From Candidatus Omnitrophota bacterium (GTDB lineage Bacteria > Omnitrophota > Gorgyraeia > Zapsychrales > JBAZNR01): DNA of 64,000 nt. The notes below the pieces were generated by a model. The model was not told where the DNA came from and did not search any database. It worked only from the letters and a program-made list of their open reading frames with translations. Shown here in pieces: positions 1 through 7,921 of the stretch. Both the position numbers and the translations under genes were made by a program. The stretch is from assembly GCA_041649175.1 (NCBI GenBank), contig JBAZNR010000003.1:15449-79448 (forward strand), given 5' to 3'. The number at the start of each line of letters is the position of its first letter. Position 1 is the first letter of the stretch.

Positions 1-429
1 TTGTTAACTAAAGTTTCCGTGAGCCGTTTTAGCCGCACCTTGGCAACCTTGACGCAAAGCGGTGTTCCAATTTTGGCGTCGCTGGATATTGTCGGAAAAA
101 CATGCGGCAATAAAGTCTTGGAAATTGCCGTTAACAATGTTCGAAATAATGTCCGCGAAGGAGAAAGCATTGCCGCTCCTCTTGTTAAAAGCAATGTTTT
201 TCCTCCCATGGTCACCAGGATGATTTCGGTTGGAGAAAAAACCGGTGAAATGGAAAAGATGCTTGTTAAAGTCGCTGATTTTTATGACGATCAAGTGGAT
301 GCGGCTGTTTCAGGGCTGACTAGCATGATCGAGCCTTTGATCATTGGTTTCTTGGGCGGCATTGTCGGATTTATCGTTGTGGCCCTGTTTTTACCGATCA
401 TTAAGATATCAACGATGATCCAGGCCTAG
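1..429 (+). CDS. pilC: Type II secretion / type IV pilus platform protein (GspF/PilC family), C-terminal part; 5' end truncated by the window edge
   Basis: The translation matches the GspF-domain C-terminus, including ATLTQSGVPIL, MISVGEKTGEMEKML and a terminal TM helix. The ORF runs off the 5' edge. Confidence 0.8.
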   Translation: MLTKVSVSRFSRTLATLTQSGVPILASLDIVGKTCGNKVLEIAVNNVRNNVREGESIAAPLVKSNVFPPMVTRMISVGEKTGEMEKMLVKVADFYDDQVDAAVSGLTSMIEPLIIGFLGGIVGFIVVALFLPIIKISTMIQA

Positions 430-482
430 AGGATTAACAAAGAGATGAATTTGGGAGCGAAATTTTTCAAGGAGGAAATAGC

Positions 483-953
483 GTGAATAAAAAATCGTTT
501 ACCATTATAGAGCTTTTGATCACCATTGTTGTGGCGGTTTTGGTTGTGACAGGGGTTTTAATGTCTTTGATCAACTCCATGGTTTTGGATGAACACACGG
601 CGCAACTTTCCATTGGCATGAATATTGCTAGAGCTAAAATTGAGGAGGTTTTAAGCCGCAGATCGGATTTTGACAATATTGTTTCTGTGCCATCTGGTAA
701 TGATCAGTCTGGGGTTAAGCTGACCGCGGATGGTGACGGCATGGTGGGGGCTTATCGAATTATTGTGAGAGGGGTCACTGGGTTTGCGAGTGAATTGAAA
801 ACCGTCAAAGTTGCCGTTTGCTGGAAAGGTAGGGGCAATAGGGTTGTCGGTGACTGCCGCATCGTTGATGATGGCACGGTTGAATGGATTAGCTTAGCCG
901 ATTTGAATCCCAAATCTGGCTGCGAGTTAGAAACAGCGATTGCCAAGAGGTAG
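483..953 (+). CDS. Prepilin-type N-terminal domain protein (pseudopilin/minor pilin), GTG start
   Basis: The N-terminus MNKKSFTIIELLITIVVAVLVV carries a class III signal with conserved Glu+5 and a hydrophobic helix. It has Ser rather than Gly at position -1. It sits directly after the GspF/PilC gene, as gspG-like pseudopilins do. Confidence 0.65.
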   Translation: MNKKSFTIIELLITIVVAVLVVTGVLMSLINSMVLDEHTAQLSIGMNIARAKIEEVLSRRSDFDNIVSVPSGNDQSGVKLTADGDGMVGAYRIIVRGVTGFASELKTVKVAVCWKGRGNRVVGDCRIVDDGTVEWISLADLNPKSGCELETAIAKR

Positions 954-993
954 TTTTTCGAGCAGTATCAGGCAAAAAAAGTAAAAAATAATT

Positions 994-1051
994 TCCCTTT
1001 TTCTACTTTATATATAGAATAAAAAGTATAAGTAGAAAAAGGGATTTTTTT
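994..1051 (+). terminator. Rho-independent terminator: 15-bp perfect stem, long AT loop, then a T7 run
   Basis: tccctttttctactt (994-1008) pairs perfectly with aagtagaaaaaggga (1030-1044) and is followed by ttttttt. Confidence 0.6.
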
Positions 1052-1088
1052 ATAAACAGAAAAGCCCTAAGGCTCATATGGGGAGCGT

Positions 1089-1787
1089 ATGCCGCAAATA
1101 AATCTTTTAGCACCGGGATTTAAAAAAAGAGAAGTGACGCCGTCTACGGCCTCTTTCTCTAAGGCGCAGGCGCAATCTCAATTCCAGCAGAAAACAGAGA
1201 GAGTGTATCCAGGGATCTCTTCAGGTGTCTTGGATGTCTTGCCGGCGGTGGGTTTTCGTTGCGCGATTTGCGGTGGCATTATTCTTGCCATCTGGAGCTT
1301 TTTCTTGGTCAATATTCCTGGAAATCAAAAAACACTGAAAGAGCTAGAAGTAAAAGTTTCTGTTCTCGCCACTAATCCCAAAGAGATAGAGCGCATCAGG
1401 ACTGAGCGCGTCATTCTCGAAAAAAAAGTTAACCTTATCGACAATCTTTCTTCTCGGAAATTTTTATGGTCCGAAAAATTGGCCCTGATCGCGGATCTTA
1501 TCCCAGATGGAGTATGGATCAATGAAATACGTTCAAGCAGTAAGAAAGATGCGGCAGCGGCTAAAGCTCCTCCCAGCGATGAAAAAACAGTTTTCACTAT
1601 AAAAGGCACGGCTGTTGCTTACAAGATCCAAGATGCGGTCGGTCTTATTAGCGACTTTATAAAGAATTTACAAGAAAACGCTGATTTTTCTAAAGATTTT
1701 CAAGAGATCAAACTTAATACAATCGCGAAGGGAACTGTAGGGAGCTTGGATGTTATGAAGTTTGATTTATTGTGCGAATCTAAATAA
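1089..1787 (+). CDS. pilN: PilN-like type IV pilus inner-membrane assembly protein
   Basis: An N-terminal INLL(A)P motif is followed by a single TM helix, then a periplasmic region with the W..KL..L...IPDGVWINEIR pattern. This region is shared with the unambiguous PilN at 12166. Confidence 0.6.
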   Translation: MPQINLLAPGFKKREVTPSTASFSKAQAQSQFQQKTERVYPGISSGVLDVLPAVGFRCAICGGIILAIWSFFLVNIPGNQKTLKELEVKVSVLATNPKEIERIRTERVILEKKVNLIDNLSSRKFLWSEKLALIADLIPDGVWINEIRSSSKKDAAAAKAPPSDEKTVFTIKGTAVAYKIQDAVGLISDFIKNLQENADFSKDFQEIKLNTIAKGTVGSLDVMKFDLLCESK

Positions 1788-1800
1788 ACCAATTAAATAA

Positions 1801-2403
1801 ATGGCCAGACCTCCAGCAAGAAAACAGGCAACACCTCTTGACGATTATCTGAATTTGGCGATCAAGCACTCGCCAATATTGGCTCCTATTTTGGTTGTGA
1901 TTTTGGGAATCGCTGTTTTAATTTGGCCGTCGTACCAGAAGCTTTCGACCATTAAAGCTAGCATCAAAGAGAAACAAGATATTTTAACAATGGTTGACAG
2001 AAGCAGCGCGGATGTTAGTAAAATGCAGAAAGAATTAGAGATTTTTAAGAACAAAGTTGTTGAATTCGAAACTCGATTACCCAAAAGAATTAAAACAAAC
2101 TTGATCATTGAGACCTTGCAGGAAATTACTGAAAAGGCGAGCCTTAAGTTTTCTTCGCTTGAGCCAACAACCATTCGGAAACATGTTATCGCGGAGACAA
2201 ATGATACTTTTGTAGAATTGCCCATCCGAGTTAGATTGCGGTGCGGGTACTATGAAATGGTTAATTTTCTTAAGAAAATTGAAACCGCAAAACAGCTTAT
2301 GAAAATATCTGATCTAGTCATTATTGATGATCCGGCTGCGGATTGGGATCATGGCATTGAATTTACGATCAGTGCTTTTTCGCGAGGTGAAAATGGCGAC
2401 TAA
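1801..2403 (+). CDS. pilO: PilO-like type IV pilus assembly protein
   Basis: One TM helix near the N-terminus is followed by a coiled-coil region. It sits in the PilO position after PilN, and its size and architecture match PilO/GspM. Confidence 0.6.
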   Translation: MARPPARKQATPLDDYLNLAIKHSPILAPILVVILGIAVLIWPSYQKLSTIKASIKEKQDILTMVDRSSADVSKMQKELEIFKNKVVEFETRLPKRIKTNLIIETLQEITEKASLKFSSLEPTTIRKHVIAETNDTFVELPIRVRLRCGYYEMVNFLKKIETAKQLMKISDLVIIDDPAADWDHGIEFTISAFSRGENGD

Positions 2404-2803
2404 AGCGAAAAAAAAAGTTATTTATTTTATGAGCTTAATGGCTTTTTTGTCCACTATTTTCTTCCCGACGAGAACAATGTTTGGCCAAGGAGAGAAAAGC
2501 GCGGCTTCAACAAAAAAAAGAGACCCTTTTGTTGCATTAGTTAATTCTCAAGGTAAAATAAAAGCTAAGGAAGAATTATTTCCTTCTATTGCGCCTAAGT
2601 CGCTTTCTATGAATATTGTATTAAAGGCAATTATCTGGGATGAGGCGAGGCCGCTAGCGATGATCAACAATAAGGTGTATGGACAGGGAAGCGAAATCAC
2701 AAAAGGACTTATAGTCGAGAAGATCAATCCTAATGATGTGGTTCTTAATGACAATGGAAATCCTGTCGTTATCCAACTACGCAAAGCGGTGAAAAATGAT
2801 TAA
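2393..2803 (+). CDS. pilP: PilP-like small periplasmic/lipoprotein-like protein (start moved to the internal ATG at 2393)
   Basis: It starts MATKAKKKVIYFMSLMAFLSTIFF, a signal-like hydrophobic segment, and its C-terminal region reads IAMINNKVYGQGSEI. It lies between pilO and the secretin. The ORF-track start at 2324 would overlap pilO by 80 nt. Confidence 0.45.
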   Translation: MATKAKKKVIYFMSLMAFLSTIFFPTRTMFGQGEKSAASTKKRDPFVALVNSQGKIKAKEELFPSIAPKSLSMNIVLKAIIWDEARPLAMINNKVYGQGSEITKGLIVEKINPNDVVLNDNGNPVVIQLRKAVKND

Positions 2804-4376
2804 AACAAAAAAAATTTATTTTCTGATGTGTACCGTGGTGATGCTCGCATTTCCGATGGTGTTGTCGGCGCAAGAAGAAGCGCGGCAAGTTGACGAAAAC
2901 ATGGTTAGTCAGCCTCAAGCGGCTTCTTCCGACGCAATAGCACCGATGGCGCCTTCCATTGCTGCGGATGTTGCAACGAATGCGGGTTCAGAAAATGTTC
3001 CTTCTGTAAACTCCCCGGGAACAGAAAAAAACGACGACAACCTTATTAGCGTTAATTTTGAAAATGTTGATATTCGTGACGTTATTCGCATCCTTGCTGA
3101 CAAGGGCCATGTGAATATGATCGTTGGGCCCGATGTTGCGGCGACGGTGAATATTCAGTTGAATAATATAAGCTGGGAAAAAGCCTTAGATGTTATCCTG
3201 ATGACGTACAGTTTGACATATAAAAAGGACGGCGATCTTATTCGTATTATGACGCTTGATCAGCTACAGGTTGAAGATGAGAAAGTTCCTTTAGCAACAA
3301 AAATCATTAAGCTAAATTTTGCTCGCGGCGGGGAAGTGAAAAGTAATTTCGAGAAGATGCTTAGCGCGCGTGGCAGGATTGATGTTGTCGAGCGTACAAA
3401 TAGCCTCATTATCACGGATCTACCCGATAATATCGCCAGAATCGAGGAAATTGCCGTAGAGCTTGATACAAGAACTCCTCAGGTCATGATCGAGGCTTTA
3501 TTGGCGGATGTGGTTGTTAGCCAAGACGATCAATTGGGTATTAACTGGGATATCGCTTGGCCGGATGGAGGAGCTCCCCAAAGAACTATTGAACAGGATT
3601 TTGGTTCTCTTGGCGCTCCGGGCGGGATCATCACATTTGGAACAACCATGCTAACCGATAAAGATCTCCATGCGACAATTGCTGCTTGGCAACGGCAATC
3701 AAAAGTAAATATTTTGGCCCATCCACAAATAATGACCTTGGATAACCTAGCGGCAAAGATCAGCTTAACAGAGGAAATTCCGTATCAACAACAGACTGAT
3801 TCAACTGAAGGAGGTAGCGTTGTTTCAACTTCGTTTAAAGAATCAGGGATTAATCTAACGGTTATGCCGCACATCACGACCAAAGATAATTACATTTACT
3901 TGACCATTGATGTCAAGCAAAGTTTTCGTTCCGGATTTACGGCCGATGATCAGCCAATTGTTGATAGTCGCTCTGCTCAAACAAATCTTTTGGTCAAGAA
4001 CCGCGAAACTGCGGTTATTGGGGGCTTGCGCAAAAAGAATGATACATTCACCGTTAATAAGCTTCCTATTTTGGGAGACATTCCTTTGATTGGTTCAGCT
4101 TTTCGCAAACGCGTTGAGGCACTTTCGGATATAGACTTAATGATTTTTGTGACCCCAACAATCGTTACGGATGTCAATTTAACCGACAAACAAGAAAATA
4201 CTTTGGAATTGTTTGAAGAAGAAACCGAGGATTGGGCTCATCAATTTGATCAGGTGAAGCAAAAAAAGCGAGAGGGAACAGCGGAGCCGAAATCGGCAAC
4301 AATCGGGGCGAAAGAAGATGCCGAGCCGGATCTTTTTTATCTCAAGCCGCCTGCGCTGCTTAACGAGGGACGTTAA
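2796..4376 (+). CDS. pilQ: Secretin (PilQ/GspD family) outer-membrane channel
   Basis: It has a signal peptide and an N0-like domain (NFENVDIRDVIRILADKGHVNMIV). The secretin C-domain follows (TAVIGGLRKKNDTF...LPILGDIPLIGSAFR...IFVTPTIV). Confidence 0.85.
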   Translation: MIKTKKIYFLMCTVVMLAFPMVLSAQEEARQVDENMVSQPQAASSDAIAPMAPSIAADVATNAGSENVPSVNSPGTEKNDDNLISVNFENVDIRDVIRILADKGHVNMIVGPDVAATVNIQLNNISWEKALDVILMTYSLTYKKDGDLIRIMTLDQLQVEDEKVPLATKIIKLNFARGGEVKSNFEKMLSARGRIDVVERTNSLIITDLPDNIARIEEIAVELDTRTPQVMIEALLADVVVSQDDQLGINWDIAWPDGGAPQRTIEQDFGSLGAPGGIITFGTTMLTDKDLHATIAAWQRQSKVNILAHPQIMTLDNLAAKISLTEEIPYQQQTDSTEGGSVVSTSFKESGINLTVMPHITTKDNYIYLTIDVKQSFRSGFTADDQPIVDSRSAQTNLLVKNRETAVIGGLRKKNDTFTVNKLPILGDIPLIGSAFRKRVEALSDIDLMIFVTPTIVTDVNLTDKQENTLELFEEETEDWAHQFDQVKQKKREGTAEPKSATIGAKEDAEPDLFYLKPPALLNEGR

Positions 4377-4378
4377 CA

Positions 4379-5740
4379 ATGACAGTGTTCAATAAAGATT
4401 TTTTTCTTTCTTCAGTTTTTTTCTTAGCGTTGATGCTGGCGGGTTATGCCCAGGCTTCCGATGAAATAACGAATGATGGATGGACGCAAAGCCTATCAAA
4501 TCTAAAAAGCAGTATGAGTGAGCTTTTAAAGCAAAACGATGCCCTCTCTGTTGAGAATGATCTCTTAAGAAAAAAGATCGTTGAATTGCAGTCAGAACTA
4601 AAAAAAGCTGCAGAGGCAAAAGAAAAATTATCGCAAGAGCCGCGACGGCTTAATGCTCTTTTAGATGAGAAAAATAAAGAAGCTAGCTTACTTGAGAAGA
4701 AAATTCAAGAGATTCAAGCGCAAGTTCAGCAGCTTAAAACGGATCAAGATGAGACGCAAAAGAGTATTGCTCAGCGTCAGGAAAAACAAAAACCGCTTGA
4801 GGCTGAAGTCAAAGGATGGAAAGGAAAAATAGATCAGCTTGAAAAGGAGCTGAAGCTGTCCAAGAGTGATAATCAAAACTTTCTTAAAAAAGCAGAAAAT
4901 GAGAAAAGCGAATTAAAGAAGCAGTTGGTGGATAGCGAAAAGAAGCTTGCTCGGGTTCAAAAGAATTTAGAAGAAAGCAAAAAACGATCCGCACAACCAT
5001 CAGTGGAATCGGTAGCTTTAGCGGCTGATCAAGAAAAAATGTCTCAGGAGCTGGAAAGATTAAGAAATTTGATTCAAACGCACACTCAGGAGAAGCAAAA
5101 GCTGCAGGAAGAGAACATCCGCATCAGCGATCAGTATAAATCAGACCTTGATAAATTAAATCAACAAATCGCTGAGCTCAAAAAGCAAAATCAAGAATTA
5201 GAAAGCGTAGCCATTGCTCCTTTACCAAAAGTGCCCTCAGCGGCAAAGGACAAGAAGATTGCCAGCCAAACGGCTTCTCTAAAAGAAGAGAATAGCGCGC
5301 TGAAGAATAAAGTTTCGGAATTGATGGGCTCAGTTGTTAAACTCAATCGCGATAAGGCGATGATCGAATCACTGCTTGATGTCCAAACAAAAACGTTGAG
5401 AAAGAAAACCGTTGGCAGTAAAAAATCCGTCGATCAAACAAATCACGAGCTTTTGGCTTATAAATATGCGGCCAATGGCGAATACGAGAAAGCCATCGAG
5501 GAGTATCAATTGGCGATCGCGGCACGTCCTAAAAATAAAGATCTCTACTATAATCTTGGGTTTGTTTATGACCAGCTTGGGAAAAACGATGAAGCCATTG
5601 CGAATTACAAGCAAGTCTTAAAACTCAATCCCAACGACAAAGAAGCGAACTACAACTTAGCGCAAATCTACAAGAAGCTTTCCGATACGGCATCATACCA
5701 ATACTATTATGACCGTTTTATTAAACTCAATAAAAGATAA
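4379..5740 (+). CDS. Secreted coiled-coil protein with C-terminal TPR repeats, embedded in the pilus module
   Basis: A signal peptide (LALMLAGYAQA|SDE) is followed by about 330 aa of K/E/Q-rich heptad-like coiled coil. Two or three TPR repeats close the protein (AYKYAANGEYEKAIEEYQLAIAARPKNKDLYYNLGFVYDQLGKNDEAIANYKQVLKLNP). Confidence 0.6.
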   Translation: MTVFNKDFFLSSVFFLALMLAGYAQASDEITNDGWTQSLSNLKSSMSELLKQNDALSVENDLLRKKIVELQSELKKAAEAKEKLSQEPRRLNALLDEKNKEASLLEKKIQEIQAQVQQLKTDQDETQKSIAQRQEKQKPLEAEVKGWKGKIDQLEKELKLSKSDNQNFLKKAENEKSELKKQLVDSEKKLARVQKNLEESKKRSAQPSVESVALAADQEKMSQELERLRNLIQTHTQEKQKLQEENIRISDQYKSDLDKLNQQIAELKKQNQELESVAIAPLPKVPSAAKDKKIASQTASLKEENSALKNKVSELMGSVVKLNRDKAMIESLLDVQTKTLRKKTVGSKKSVDQTNHELLAYKYAANGEYEKAIEEYQLAIAARPKNKDLYYNLGFVYDQLGKNDEAIANYKQVLKLNPNDKEANYNLAQIYKKLSDTASYQYYYDRFIKLNKR

Positions 5741-5774
5741 AAACTGCATTAGTTTTCTGCGGGGAGAATAGCCT

Positions 5775-6800
5775 GTGTTCGGTGGGAAAAAAATTGCAAA
5801 GAAATCGGATGTAGCTATTGGCCTTGATGTCGGGAATTTTGCCGTCAAGGTTGTCCAGCTTAGCCAAAAAGGCGATACTTTTAATTTAGATAGTTTTGGC
5901 TATGCAAAGATCAATATTGAGAAATTAGATGGAGTCGTAGAGGCTATCAAAAATGCTTGCGCTGAAGCGGGTATCACGCAAAAAAAGGTTAATGCGTCTA
6001 TTACGCCGGAAGGCGTTATCGTCAGGTATTTAACATTGCCTGAGATGAATACGGATGAGCTTAAAAAAGCGATGGAATTTGAGATCGAACGTTATGTTCC
6101 ATTTGAGAGAAAAGATGTTGTTAATGACTATATGATCCTTAAAGAACGTCCCGATTCTAAGAATATGAAGATTTTGCTTGTTGCGGCAAAAAAAGATTTT
6201 GTCGAAAATCGGATCAAGATCTTGCGAGAGGCGGGCTTGGATCCGGAAGTCATTACCATTGATGCTATCGTTTTGAAGGACACTTTTCAATTGAATTACC
6301 CTGAGAAGAATAATAAAGTTGTAGGGCTTCTTAATATCGGAGCTAAATCTTCAAATATTAATATTGTTAAAGGTCCGACATCTTATTTTATGCGCGACAT
6401 CCAATTGGGGGGCGATAATATTACGCACCTGCTCAAAGAAAAGATTGATATCGGCCTGGAAGAAGCGGAAAAGATCAAGTGCAGCCTTACGCTGGAAGAC
6501 AAGGAGAAATTCAAGATCATTGAGCCGGTTCTGGGAAATTTATTGAATGAAGTTTATCTGTCGTTTGACTATTACGAAAGTGAATTTGGGCTGGTCGTTG
6601 ATGAAGTTTTTGTTAGTGGCGGTACGGCTCGCTTAAAATGGCTAACCGATTTCTTAAAGGAAAATCTTAACAGAGAAGTTTCCGTCCTAAGCCCTGTTAA
6701 GAGGTTCACCGCAGCTCCAGCTGTCTCACAATCACGCCTTGAATTATTTTCTCCCTCGCTTGTTGTTGCTACCGGTCTCGCCTTAGAGAATTTTAGTTAA
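5775..6800 (+). CDS. pilM: PilM-like actin-fold type IV pilus assembly protein
   Basis: The N-terminus VAIGLDVGNFAVKVVQL is an actin-like phosphate-1 motif. Overall similarity is to FtsA/PilM, and it is paralogous to the ORF at 11102. Confidence 0.75.
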   Translation: MFGGKKIAKKSDVAIGLDVGNFAVKVVQLSQKGDTFNLDSFGYAKINIEKLDGVVEAIKNACAEAGITQKKVNASITPEGVIVRYLTLPEMNTDELKKAMEFEIERYVPFERKDVVNDYMILKERPDSKNMKILLVAAKKDFVENRIKILREAGLDPEVITIDAIVLKDTFQLNYPEKNNKVVGLLNIGAKSSNINIVKGPTSYFMRDIQLGGDNITHLLKEKIDIGLEEAEKIKCSLTLEDKEKFKIIEPVLGNLLNEVYLSFDYYESEFGLVVDEVFVSGGTARLKWLTDFLKENLNREVSVLSPVKRFTAAPAVSQSRLELFSPSLVVATGLALENFS

Positions 6801-6867
6801 AACCTATTTTGTTTTCATAAGTACATTGCTTTCTGACGTGATCGTTGTTATGTCTGAATTGGGCTAT

Positions 6868-6896
6868 TTGACAATCCCTCAAATGGATGTTATACT
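6868..6896 (+). promoter_or_regulatory. Sigma70-type promoter (TTGACA-N17-TATACT)
   Basis: A perfect -35 TTGACA at 6868-6873 is followed by a 17-nt spacer and a -10 TATACT at 6891-6896. It lies just upstream of the riboswitch-like element. Confidence 0.55.
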
Positions 6897-6914
6897 TCAA
6901 ACAAGTAAGAGCTG

Positions 6915-6990
6915 TTGATAAAGGCAAACTACTCGTAAGGGTAGGGCGCAAAACTATAGGGTCCCGAGTTAGCATATGGGATTGCCAGTT
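6915..6990 (+). promoter_or_regulatory. Candidate c-di-GMP-I (GEMM) riboswitch aptamer in the pilA leader
   Basis: GGCAAAC sits at 6923-6929. A 6-bp helix CTACTC/GGGTAG closed by a GTAA (GNRA) tetraloop spans 6929-6944. GGCGCAAAAC at 6945-6954 resembles the conserved ACGCAAAGC. TATAGGGTCC follows at 6955-6964, and GGGATTGCC at 6978-6986 resembles GGGUUACC of Vc2. Confidence 0.5.
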
Positions 6991-7110
6991 GCCAATAGGA
7001 TGTCCGGTATTATTTATATTATATTTCACTGGCAAAGTTAGTTTGCGGCCTATTCTTTCATAACGGGGAATGGGTTTTTTTATTTTGATAAATTTTTTCC
7101 TCAAAATCGC

Positions 7111-7139
7111 TTGACACATAGAAAGGAGGTTGATAACAT
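7111..7139 (+). promoter_or_regulatory. Possible second sigma70-like promoter proximal to pilA (TTGACA-N17-TAACAT)
   Basis: TTGACA is at 7111-7116 and TAACAT at 7134-7139. The -10 is weaker. Confidence 0.3.
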
Positions 7140-7309
7140 AAAAACTAAGATAACGTATGGACGGAGCTGGGTGTACTAATCCGTAGTTGTCCAGGTGGTT
7201 AAGAAAAACAACAGCGGTATTATCCTAATCAGTTAAAGATTTTCTTAGCTTTCTGGATCAAGGAAGTGTAGCCTAAGCTTAATTTTGGTCCGGAAAGGAG
7301 GTTAAACAT

Positions 7310-7705
7310 ATGAAAAACAGAAAAGGTTTTACATTGGTTGAAATTATGATCGTTGTGGCTATCATCGCTTTGTTAGCTGCTATTGCTATCCCTAATTTAC
7401 TCAGGGCTAAGATTGCTGCTAACGATGCTGTTGCGAGCAGCACACTGCGTACCTTATCAACGGCAGCTGAAACTTTTGCCACGAGTAATCAGGGTACCTA
7501 TCCGTCTGATGTTGATGATTTAACCAACGCGACTCCTCCCTACATCAATAAAAATTACTGTGACGGGGTTACAGCAGCTGGCTTTACTTTTGATTGCGAT
7601 TGGGATACTGGCGGCTATACTCTTATAGCTTCTCCAGCAACGGTAGGCACAACCGGAAGCGCAACGTTTACCATGGTAACGGGAGGTATCTTAACGGGAA
7701 ACTAA
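7310..7705 (+). CDS. pilA: Type IVa major pilin
   Basis: MKNRKGFTLVEIMIVVAIIALLAAIAIPNL is a canonical class III signal with Gly-1, Phe+1 and Glu+5. A C-terminal Cys pair (NYCDG...FTFDC) forms the D-region. A strong RBS GGAAAGGAGG precedes the ATG. Confidence 0.9.
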   Translation: MKNRKGFTLVEIMIVVAIIALLAAIAIPNLLRAKIAANDAVASSTLRTLSTAAETFATSNQGTYPSDVDDLTNATPPYINKNYCDGVTAAGFTFDCDWDTGGYTLIASPATVGTTGSATFTMVTGGILTGN

Positions 7706-7742
7706 TAGGTAGTGGTTGTGGCAATGTGGTTTTTGCATAACT

Positions 7743-7776
7743 AGTGCGAAAGGGGCTTAAAAGCCCCTTTCGCACT
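7743..7776 (+). terminator. Perfect 16-bp palindromic stem-loop immediately after pilA, with no U-tract
   Basis: agtgcgaaaggggctt and aagcccctttcgcact are exact reverse complements. Confidence 0.5.
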
Positions 7777-7809
7777 AAAGGGAAAAATGCAGCACGAATA
7801 TTTTTATGA

Positions 7810-7846
7810 ACTATCGATTTTTTAAAGTCGATAGTTTTGTTTTTGT
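7810..7846 (+). terminator. Rho-independent terminator (8-bp stem followed by a T-rich tract)
   Basis: actatcga (7810-7817) pairs with tcgatagt (7828-7835), then tttgtttttgt follows. Confidence 0.55.
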
Positions 7847-7874
7847 AAGGCGCGGAAAACATCGGGTAAAAGCG

Positions 7875-7902
7875 TTGACTTTTTAATCTTCGACATTAAA
7901 AT
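7875..7902 (+). promoter_or_regulatory. Sigma70-like promoter for the minor pilin operon (TTGACT-N16-TAAAAT)
   Basis: The -35 TTGACT is at 7875-7880 and the -10 TAAAAT at 7897-7902. An AGGGAG RBS and the ATG at 7922 follow. Confidence 0.4.
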
Positions 7903-7921
7903 GCTTTCTAGGGAGCGCAAA

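Noticed and set aside
7030-7048. Sigma54-like motif TGGCAA-N-TTGCGG upstream of pilA (pilin genes are often RpoN-dependent)
   Set aside because: The spacing between the GG and GC elements is 12 nt, not the required 10, and the -24 element is TGGCAA rather than TGGCAC. It is probably a chance match inside the leader.
6990-7086. Attempt to define a canonical terminator hairpin for the riboswitch expression platform before the T7 run at 7074-7080
   Set aside because: I could not find a convincing GC-rich stem immediately 5' of the T-run; GCAAA/TTTGC at 7033-7047 is weak. The ON/OFF mechanism therefore remains unresolved, and I report only the aptamer-like core.
6793-7119. 108-aa minus-strand ORF filling the pilM-pilA intergenic region
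   Set aside because: It has no RBS, only an anti-SD CCTCC upstream of its ATG. Its composition is random-looking, with no domain or TM pattern. The same DNA is better explained on the + strand by a consensus promoter followed by a GEMM-like riboswitch core.
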